A DNA stretch of 64,000 nt, from NCBI GenBank assembly GCA_039630085.1, contig JBCNVM010000003.1, forward strand, positions 61,338 through 125,337, given 5' to 3'. Positions 57,122 to 64,000 of this stretch are shown here, piece by piece (the first letter of the stretch is position 1; every line of letters starts with the position of its first letter). Both the position numbers and the translations under genes were made by a program. Source of the stretch: Candidatus Caldarchaeales archaeon. Its GTDB lineage: Archaea > Thermoproteota > Nitrososphaeria_A > Caldarchaeales > Calditenuaceae. The notes under the pieces were generated by a model. It made no database searches. It saw only the letters and a program-made list of their open reading frames with translations, and was not told where the DNA came from.

Positions 57122-57232
57122 TCCCTTCCTGCCGTCGGACAGGTCGTAAAAAACGTTCACGTTGCCGGTGTTCGTCCGGGAAGACGTTCAAACTTAAAAA
57201 ATGGACGGAGCCAATCCGGGCAGGGTTAAGGC

Positions 57233-58399
57233 GTGACGTCGCAACAGGCTTCGGTCAAGTACGTGATAGAGGCGAAAGTGGAGGTAGACGGCATCGTCGA
57301 CAAGAACGACGTGATAGGTGCGGTCTTCGGGCAGACGGAGGGCATCTTCAGCGCCGACCTCGACCTCAGGGAGCTCCAGAAGACCGGGAGGATCGGGAGG
57401 ATAGAGGTCCAGATACACGCCCACGGCGACAGGACCGTCGGGAAGATACTCGTGCCCACGAGCGTCGACAGGTTCCACACCGCCCTGATCGCGGCGATGG
57501 TGGAGAGCATCGACAGGGTCGGTCCCTACTCCGCGAGGGTCAACATCGAGAAGATCGAGGACGTCAGGGCCGAGAAGAGGAAGAAGATCATCGAGAGGGC
57601 GAGGTCCCTGCTGATCGAGTGGGAGAGGAGGAGGGTCCCAGAGGTCGATGAGGCCCTGAAGGAGCTCGAGGATACGATCGCGAAGGCGAGGGTCGTCGAG
57701 GTAGGGCCCGACAACCTTCCCGCGGGACCCGAGGCTCTGACCGGCGACGAGGTGATCATCGTCGAGGGGAGGGCGGACGTCATCAACCTCCTCAGGCACG
57801 GCTACCTCAACGCTATCGGCGTCGAGGGCGTCAAGGTCCCCTACTCGCTGGAGGAGCTGGTGAGCAGGAAGAAGGTGACCGCGTTCCTCGACGGCGACCG
57901 GGGAGGCGACATGATCCTGAGGGAGCTGGCCAGGCGGATCAAGATCGACTTGGTCGCGAGGGCGCCCCCGGGCAGGGAGGTGGAGTCGCTGGGGGCCAAG
58001 GAGATCGCGGAGGCCCTCTCCAGCGCCGTCCCGCTTCAAGAAGCCCTGAAGAGAATAGGGGTCCACGTCGAACACGAGAGGGCCGAGCACCCCGCCGCGC
58101 CGTTCGAGAAGCTGAGGAGGTACGTCGAGGAGGTCGAGGGCAGCCTTATGGCCGTGGGCCTGAAGGACGACCTCTCCGAGGCCTTCAGGGTCCCGGTCAG
58201 CGAGCTCTACCAGAAGCTCTCCTCCGACGGCGACGTGAAGTACGTCGTCTTCGACGGGGTCGTCACCCAGAGGCTCGTGGACCTCATGAAGGAGAGGGGA
58301 AGGGAGGTGCTGCTCGTCGGAGCGAGGGTCGCGGACAACGTCCAGAGGGCTGCGAACGTTAGGGTCTACAACTTCGAGTCGGTCAAGAGGGCCGCGTGA
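57233..58399 (+). CDS. dnaG: Archaeal DnaG (TOPRIM, exosome-associated)
   Basis: DVIGAVFGQTEG, IIVEGRADV, FLDGDRGG, FDGVVTQRL. Confidence 0.95.
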   Translation: MTSQQASVKYVIEAKVEVDGIVDKNDVIGAVFGQTEGIFSADLDLRELQKTGRIGRIEVQIHAHGDRTVGKILVPTSVDRFHTALIAAMVESIDRVGPYSARVNIEKIEDVRAEKRKKIIERARSLLIEWERRRVPEVDEALKELEDTIAKARVVEVGPDNLPAGPEALTGDEVIIVEGRADVINLLRHGYLNAIGVEGVKVPYSLEELVSRKKVTAFLDGDRGGDMILRELARRIKIDLVARAPPGREVESLGAKEIAEALSSAVPLQEALKRIGVHVEHERAEHPAAPFEKLRRYVEEVEGSLMAVGLKDDLSEAFRVPVSELYQKLSSDGDVKYVVFDGVVTQRLVDLMKERGREVLLVGARVADNVQRAANVRVYNFESVKRAA

Positions 58400-58463
58400 C
58401 GAGGTCAGACCTGCTCGGCCGGTCGGGTTACACGTTAATAGCCGAGCGACCCTCTGAGCCCGG

Positions 58464-58763
58464 ATGAAGGTAGAGCTCTTCAGTCACCTGAGGAGGGCCG
58501 CGGGCTCAGGGACGATCGAGGTCAGGGTGGAAGGGGAGCTCCCGCTGAAGGAGGCGCTCAAGCTCCTGCCGGAGGGCGTGAGGGAGCTGGTCATAGACGA
58601 GTACGGGTCCATCAGGTCCGGGCTGCTGGTGCTCGTGAACGGCGTCGACGCTAGGACCGTCTACAACTACAGGGTCTCCGTCAGGGACGGCGACGTGATC
58701 TCGATAGTCCCGATGATACACGGGGGCTCGCCGGCAAGCGCTAAAATTCACCGAGGGGGATGA
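58464..58763 (+). CDS. Urm1/SAMP (MoaD/ThiS-fold) ubiquitin-like protein with C-terminal extension
   Basis: LVLVNGVD..DGDVISIVPMIHGG followed by SPASAKIHRGG. Confidence 0.85.
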   Translation: MKVELFSHLRRAAGSGTIEVRVEGELPLKEALKLLPEGVRELVIDEYGSIRSGLLVLVNGVDARTVYNYRVSVRDGDVISIVPMIHGGSPASAKIHRGG

Positions 58764-58770
58764 GCGATCG

Positions 58771-59103
58771 ATGAGCGGTCCCGTCGCGGGCCTTCCGGGC
58801 TACCCTTACTCGCTCGTCGCGCTTCTCGCCGCCTCCTTCCTCGTGCTCCTCTTCGCCGGCCCGAGGGGACCGAAGCCGGTGCCACGCGTCACCCCGGTTC
58901 ACCGGGTCTCCCGGGCGCTCAGGTACGCGCTGGGCGAGGAGGAGTCAATCGGCCCGGAGAGCGCGTGTTGGCTCTTCTCCAAGCTCGAGCTGAAGGGCCC
59001 CGAGAGGTCCTCCGGGCTCGGCCTGAGGGTCCTCTTCGCCCTGACGTCCGTAGCGCCCGGTTCCAGGAGGTGGTTGATCAGGTGGGCAGCCAAGAGAGGG
59101 TAG
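58771..59103 (+). CDS. Small membrane protein, first gene of the MoxR operon
   Basis: N-terminal TM segment; same strand as and overlapping moxR. Confidence 0.45.
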   Translation: MSGPVAGLPGYPYSLVALLAASFLVLLFAGPRGPKPVPRVTPVHRVSRALRYALGEEESIGPESACWLFSKLELKGPERSSGLGLRVLFALTSVAPGSRRWLIRWAAKRG

Positions 59104-60056
59104 AGCTGCTGGGACTTCAGGAACTGAAGGAGGTCGTCCAGAGGGTCTTCAGCGAGATACACAGGGTCATAGTCGGGATGGACGACGCGATAGAGGCCCT
59201 GATCATCGCGCTCCTGACCGAGGGCCACGTGCTGATGGAGGGGGTCCCGGGGCTCGCGAAGACTTACCTCGCCAAGTACTTCGCTAGGACGCTCAACCTC
59301 ACCTTCAGCAGGATCCAGATCACGAGCGACCTCCTCCCGTCCGACATCACGGGCTCACTGGTCTACGACAGGGCCACCGGCCAGTTCGTCTTCAGGAAGG
59401 GCCCGATATTCGCGAACCTGGTCCTCGCGGACGAGATCAACAGGGGCCCTCCGAGGACTCAGTCGGCGCTGTTGGAGGTGATGCAGGAGCGCCAGGTGAC
59501 CGTCGAGGGCGTAAGCTACGAGGTCCCGAGGCCCTTCATGGTGATAGCGACGCAGAACCCGATCGAGCTCGAGGGTACCTTCCCGCTCCCCGAGGCCCAG
59601 CTCGACAGGTTCCTTATGAGGGTCGTCGTCACACATCCGGAACGCGACCAGGAGATCGAGGTCCTAAGGATGAAGCAAACCTCCGGCGAGGAGCCAGACA
59701 TCAGACCCGTAGTCAAGGAGGACACGGTGCTGAAGGGGATAGCCGCGATCTCGTCCGTTTACGTCGACGAGTCCATCATGGCATACATCGTGGACGTCGT
59801 CAGGAGGACGAGGCAGATGCCCGAGGTCTACCTTGGAGCCAGCACTAGGGCCGAGGTCGCCCTCATGTACGCCGCGAAGGCCAAGGCCGCGATCTCCGGG
59901 TACCCGTACGTCACGCCCGACCACGTGAAGGCCGTCGCGCCCCTGGTCCTGAACCACAGGATAATACTGAGGTCCAGGAGGAAGGGGCCGTTCTCGTCCT
60001 GGACGGAGTTCGAGGTGATCCGCAGGGCACTGGAGGAGGTGGACGTGCCGGTTTGA
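59082..60056 (+). CDS. MoxR family AAA+ ATPase
   Basis: GHVLMEGVPGLAKT, LADEINR, ATQNPIELEGTFPLPEAQLDRF; start uncertain. Confidence 0.93.
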   Translation: MGSQERVELLGLQELKEVVQRVFSEIHRVIVGMDDAIEALIIALLTEGHVLMEGVPGLAKTYLAKYFARTLNLTFSRIQITSDLLPSDITGSLVYDRATGQFVFRKGPIFANLVLADEINRGPPRTQSALLEVMQERQVTVEGVSYEVPRPFMVIATQNPIELEGTFPLPEAQLDRFLMRVVVTHPERDQEIEVLRMKQTSGEEPDIRPVVKEDTVLKGIAAISSVYVDESIMAYIVDVVRRTRQMPEVYLGASTRAEVALMYAAKAKAAISGYPYVTPDHVKAVAPLVLNHRIILRSRRKGPFSSWTEFEVIRRALEEVDVPV

Positions 60057-61312
60057 TGACGGCTCAAGCGAGGTACCTGCTGATAGAGGCCGCGGCCTCG
60101 TCCTTCCTCTTCGGGGCCGTCTTCCCAAACCCCGTCATGTTCCTCTCCATGGCCTTCCTGACTTTCTTCTTCGCGTTCTACGTCCTAATGACCGCCCGGA
60201 GGCTCTCGTCGTTGGACTTCTCCTCAATCGGTGTGAGGAGGGAGCTGTCGGCGGAGGAGCTGCCCGAGGGCTCGACCGTTGAGGTCAGGGTGGAGGTGGA
60301 GCTGAGCTGGGAGGGAGGGGTGGAGGTCCGGGAGCTCTTCCCGAGCGGCCTCAAGCTGAAGGAGGGTGCGAGCTCGGCCAGGTCCACGCTCAACGGGAGG
60401 GGGAGGCTCGAGTTCTCCTACAGGGCGTCCCTCTGGGGCGGCGTGAGGTCAGCGAGGTTCGAGGGCGTAGCCTGCACGCTCACCGACCCGTGGAGGCTCG
60501 TCAGCAGGACGGCCGTCGTACCGTCTCCGGGCGAGGTGAGGTCGTCCAAGGAGAGGACTAGGTCCGGAGAGATCGAGACCGGCGGGAGGCTACTGGGCCC
60601 CGTCTTCGGGACCGTCCTGAACCCGTTCGTCGGGGAGGAGACTCACTTCGTCGGGGTAAGGCCCTTCATCCCCGGGGACAAGCTCCGCAGCGTCCACTGG
60701 AGGAGCACGGCCAAGCTCACGGACAACGAGATCCTCGTGAAGAAGTTCGAGAGGCTCGCGAGGGGGAGGGTCGTCGCGGTCATCGACTGCTCCTCCGAGA
60801 TGAGGTTCGGAACCTCGCCCGACTACTTCGACGACGCGCTCGACTTCCTCGAGCCCGTCTGCGCCCAGTTCGTCGAGCAGGGGAACTCGGTGAGGCTCTT
60901 CGCGGTGACCGGAGAAGGGCTTCTTACGCAATCGCCGAGGTCGCCCGGGGAGGTCGAGGACTTCCTGAGGTCTCTCGAGGTCTCCGAGGTCGATAGGCTC
61001 AGGTACGCCTCCGAGGTGACCGAGTCGCTCACCGCCGGCTCCCTCCTCGTCATAGTGACCTCACTCGGATCTGGACAGATCCCGGAGCTCTCGGAGCTCG
61101 CCCGCACCGCGGTCACGATGGGGTGCAGGGTCGTCGTGGTGTACCCGAGGGTCGGGTCCTACCTAGGCCGCGCGATGGACCTCGCGAGGGAGCGGCTCGA
61201 GGCCATCAAGTCGAGGGACTTGGCGGCCTTCCCGGAGGAGTGCGCGATCGAGGAGCTGGAGGGCATCCCGAGCGTATGGGCCGCGGGCAGGTCGGTCGCA
61301 CGTGAGGGCTAG
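60056..61312 (+). CDS. DUF58 family protein
   Basis: VRPFIPGDKLRSVHWRSTAK..VKKFE, VIDCSSEM; follows MoxR. Confidence 0.85.
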   Translation: MTAQARYLLIEAAASSFLFGAVFPNPVMFLSMAFLTFFFAFYVLMTARRLSSLDFSSIGVRRELSAEELPEGSTVEVRVEVELSWEGGVEVRELFPSGLKLKEGASSARSTLNGRGRLEFSYRASLWGGVRSARFEGVACTLTDPWRLVSRTAVVPSPGEVRSSKERTRSGEIETGGRLLGPVFGTVLNPFVGEETHFVGVRPFIPGDKLRSVHWRSTAKLTDNEILVKKFERLARGRVVAVIDCSSEMRFGTSPDYFDDALDFLEPVCAQFVEQGNSVRLFAVTGEGLLTQSPRSPGEVEDFLRSLEVSEVDRLRYASEVTESLTAGSLLVIVTSLGSGQIPELSELARTAVTMGCRVVVVYPRVGSYLGRAMDLARERLEAIKSRDLAAFPEECAIEELEGIPSVWAAGRSVAREG

Positions 61313-62018
61313 CGAGCTGGTCCTGGGCCTGATGGCCCTGTCACCGGCGTTGTACATGCTGGCGGCCACCGTCGTAGAGACTAGGTGGACCCTGTTCTCT
61401 GCGCTGGGGTTCCTCTCCCTCTCCACCACGATGCTCCCGGCTAGAATGCAATCCCTCACCCTCGCGCTGATCTACGCCCCCGCGCTCTACGCGGTCTACG
61501 ACTTGGTAGCGTCCAACAACCTCTACCTCCTCGATCTCGCGGGGGGATACGTGATCTCTCTACCGGTCCTCATCGTGGCATCGGCGCTCCAGACGAGTTC
61601 GGTCGCGGGCCTAGTGGGGGCGTACGTCTCGTCGGTCTTGGTTTCGATGGTAGGGATGTTCGGCGCCGAGGTCTCGAAGGGCAACCCCCGGGCCCTGCTC
61701 CACGCGCTCATCTCCTCCTTCCTGAGGGGACAGGAGAGGGAGCTGGGCTCGGTAGATCCCTCGCTGCTCGCGCCCGTGGTGCCGCTGATGGCCGTCTCCC
61801 TGATATCGCTCCTGCTCTTCGCCCACCAGAGGCTGGGGCTGAGGACCGAGTCCCTCTACGGGACGCTGATCAGGTCCGGGGCGGCGTCGGTCGTCCTGCT
61901 CGCACTCATCGTCTACTACTCGGCGGTCTTCCCCGACGGCGTCGCCGCCGGAACCCTCGCCGTCGCGCTCGTCGTCCTGCTCGGTGGCGCGTATGCGGCG
62001 GTCGCTGCTAGGCGTTGA
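61302..62018 (+). CDS. Multi-pass membrane protein
   Basis: About 7 hydrophobic segments; within the MoxR operon. Confidence 0.65.
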   Translation: MRASELVLGLMALSPALYMLAATVVETRWTLFSALGFLSLSTTMLPARMQSLTLALIYAPALYAVYDLVASNNLYLLDLAGGYVISLPVLIVASALQTSSVAGLVGAYVSSVLVSMVGMFGAEVSKGNPRALLHALISSFLRGQERELGSVDPSLLAPVVPLMAVSLISLLLFAHQRLGLRTESLYGTLIRSGAASVVLLALIVYYSAVFPDGVAAGTLAVALVVLLGGAYAAVAARR

Positions 62019-63534
62019 GCTGCTGATCGTCGCGGCCCTCCTCTCCGCGCCCCCGCCGGCCTCCTCCCAGACCGAGAGGTCCTGCGCGCTGCTGGTCGGA
62101 TACGGAGGTCAGGGGTTCCTCCCCTTCGTCGACGGGGGCGTCCTTAACTTCGCGGTCGGCGAACGGCTTTACGTCCTCTCCCCCTCGGGGGGCGCGACGG
62201 TCCAGCTGGTCGATCCGAGAGGCAGGTCTGAGAGTTATTGGCTCTCGGGAGGGACTCAGGCGAGGCTGAAGGAGTTCGCGCGCGGCGACGGAGGCGTCTG
62301 GAGGCTGGTCTCCGGCGAAGGTTGCGAGATGACCCTGACCGTATCCGAGAGGGGCTCGGTGATCTACGGCGAGGTCGTCGTGGAGAAGGACTTCAGGGAC
62401 GCGATCGTCCTGAGCCTCAAGGGTCCGCCCTACATCGGCTTCAGCGTGGGGGAGCTGAGGGACGACAGGGACGTCCTCTGGACCAGGCCGGGCGGCGAGT
62501 TGCTCCTCGAGCTCGGGAGGCCCTTCAGGTCGGTCGTCGTGTACTTGCTCTACCCGGACCGCGTGACGATCTCCGGGAAAGTCGGCGAGACGCCTTTCAC
62601 CTACACGATCGACCCGTTGGTCGGCGTTTACAGGTACGACAGGCCCGTGAGGGGGACGCAGGTCCCGGTGAGGCTGCCGGAGCTCGGGAGCGTCGGCCCC
62701 GGCGGGACCTTTCCCCTCAGGTACGGCACCTACACGCTGAGGGTGATAGGGACGGCCCCCGACGGACAGCAGTTCTCGATGACGTTCAGTGTCGAGGTCG
62801 CCCCGTTCGCGTTCAGGGCCCCGAGGCTCTCGACGTACCTGGTGACCGACGTCGACAGGCTGAGGGAGGGGATAAGGCTGGTCTTCCTGAACTACGAGAC
62901 CGGGACCGTCGAGTCGATCGCCCTCGAGGTGCCGATGTACGAGGTTGCGGTCCTCGACGGAACGACCGGCAAGCCCATCGAGGACTACTCGCTCTCGGTG
63001 GAGGGGATGGTCGGCGCGAGGAAAGGGGCCGCGACCGTGCTCCTCCCGAGGAGCTTCGACCTGCGAGAGGTCCGGGTCGGAGACGGCGTCCTGAAAGTCA
63101 GGCCGGTCCTGGTCGTCGGGGGCGTGAACGTGACCGGGGTGGTTCGAGAGGCGACCTTGAGGAGGGGCGAGCAGACCGTCCTGAGCGTCCCTATGTCCGA
63201 GGTCCAGCTGAGGGTGAGGCTCGCGGGCCACCAGGAAGCGATAAGGGCCAGGGTCTCGCTGAACGGCTCGACGCCCTTCGAGCTCAACGGTACCGCCCGC
63301 ATCAGGATTCCAACCTACGTCTACAACGTGACCGCCGAGACGCCTTGGGGGAAGGTCAAGGAGCTCTTCGACGCCTCGAGGGAGAAGGAGGTGGAGCTGA
63401 TAGTCTACGCGCCCACCGACCTGACGCTCGCGCTGGCTTTCGCGGCTGCCGCTCAGCTCGCGGCCCTCGCGGCGATCTCCTTAAGAGCGCTCAGGGTCGG
63501 GTCGCGTCACAGGGTTAAGAGCGAGTCCGGATGA
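61984..63534 (+). CDS. Secreted beta-rich protein with C-terminal TM anchor
   Basis: Signal-like N-terminus; C-terminal LTLALAFAAAAQLAALAAISL plus basic tail; start uncertain. Confidence 0.65.
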   Translation: MARMRRSLLGVELLIVAALLSAPPPASSQTERSCALLVGYGGQGFLPFVDGGVLNFAVGERLYVLSPSGGATVQLVDPRGRSESYWLSGGTQARLKEFARGDGGVWRLVSGEGCEMTLTVSERGSVIYGEVVVEKDFRDAIVLSLKGPPYIGFSVGELRDDRDVLWTRPGGELLLELGRPFRSVVVYLLYPDRVTISGKVGETPFTYTIDPLVGVYRYDRPVRGTQVPVRLPELGSVGPGGTFPLRYGTYTLRVIGTAPDGQQFSMTFSVEVAPFAFRAPRLSTYLVTDVDRLREGIRLVFLNYETGTVESIALEVPMYEVAVLDGTTGKPIEDYSLSVEGMVGARKGAATVLLPRSFDLREVRVGDGVLKVRPVLVVGGVNVTGVVREATLRRGEQTVLSVPMSEVQLRVRLAGHQEAIRARVSLNGSTPFELNGTARIRIPTYVYNVTAETPWGKVKELFDASREKEVELIVYAPTDLTLALAFAAAAQLAALAAISLRALRVGSRHRVKSESG

Positions 63535-63545
63535 CTCTCTGTTGA

Positions 63546-63659
63546 GCCGGGGTCCCATAGCGGCCATTGGGGCGGCCTCGAGATCGGAATGGGTCTGGCC
63601 GGAACGCGAAAGCCGCTGCCCCCTCGGGGGGCGCGCGGGTTCGAGTCCCGCCCCCGGCG
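63546..63659 (+). tRNA. tRNA-Ser(CGA) with 28-nt intron (63583-63610)
   Basis: Acceptor GCCGGGG/CCCCGGC, anticodon stem GCGGC/GCCGC, CT-CGA-G, long variable arm, GGTTCGAGTCC, discriminator G, CCA not encoded. Confidence 0.9.
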
Positions 63660-63891
63660 TTCTCCGACAATGAGTGCAGAAGAAGATGGTACTGGCGATC
63701 GAAGCATGTTGTCATATAACCTCAGAATGGAATGAAACTAACAGTGAAAAGGAAGATGCGACCAGACTTCCGCGAGCTCGCCGTCAGGAGGCTCCTCGGT
63801 CCTCCGCTCAACAGGTACGAGCTCAAACGTGCGCCGAAGAAGCTCCGCGTGGCCGGAACGACGAAGGCCCCGATCGAAGCTCCGCGAGCAG

Positions 63892-63992
63892 TGGTGGGGC
63901 CGGTGGGAGTCGAACCCAGGACCTGCGGGTCGGCTCTGGCCAGCGATTCCGCACCTGGAGCCCGCCGCCATACCTTGCTTGGCCACGGCCCC
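63892..63992 (-). tRNA. tRNA-Trp(CCA) with 24-nt intron (63931-63954)
   Basis: Acceptor GGGGCCG/CGGCCCC-A-CCA, anticodon stem GCGGG/CCCGC, CT-CCA-G, T-loop TTCGACT; one C:C mismatch at the base of the T-stem. Confidence 0.88.
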
Positions 63993-64000
63993 CTCTCACT

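Noticed and set aside
63660-63891. AT-richer spacer between the tRNAs as an integrated-element scar
   Set aside because: No duplicated tRNA 3' end or integrase fragment found in the window.

Overview
High-GC archaeal DNA. The informational genes (fibrillarin, Nop5, Trm1, Trm5, RpoN, uS2, uS13, DnaG, SmAP3-like Lsm, intron-containing tRNAs) point to a TACK lineage; Aigarchaeota/Caldarchaeales-like is an inference, not a classification. About 26.3-64 kb is mostly housekeeping and metabolic genes: UDG, PhoU-like regulator, ICL/PEP-mutase family, thiolase, ADH, TRAP/TAXI transporter, Hsp20, 2-oxoacid oxidoreductase alpha, PAC2, split MetE, prepilin peptidase, Urm1/SAMP, MoxR-DUF58 operon, tRNA-Ser and tRNA-Trp. 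About 1-26.3 kb is an accessory locus, possibly cut off at the left edge, and is the main finding. It holds an apparently complete ubiquitin-like conjugation set: E1, a ubiquitin-like domain fused through a GG motif to an E2 domain, an Rpn11-like JAB protease and a RING-like protein. These genes are interleaved with a type IV pilus-like system: a pilin between E1 and Ubl-E2, about six further pilin-like genes, an assembly ATPase and a TadC/FlaJ platform protein. The locus also carries CdvA/SHOCT-like coiled-coil proteins, an ABC exporter, a low-GC pilin-like protein with pre-toxin-like motifs, a 1474-aa repeat protein and two surface Zn-proteases. All calls come from reading motifs by eye; no database searches were run.
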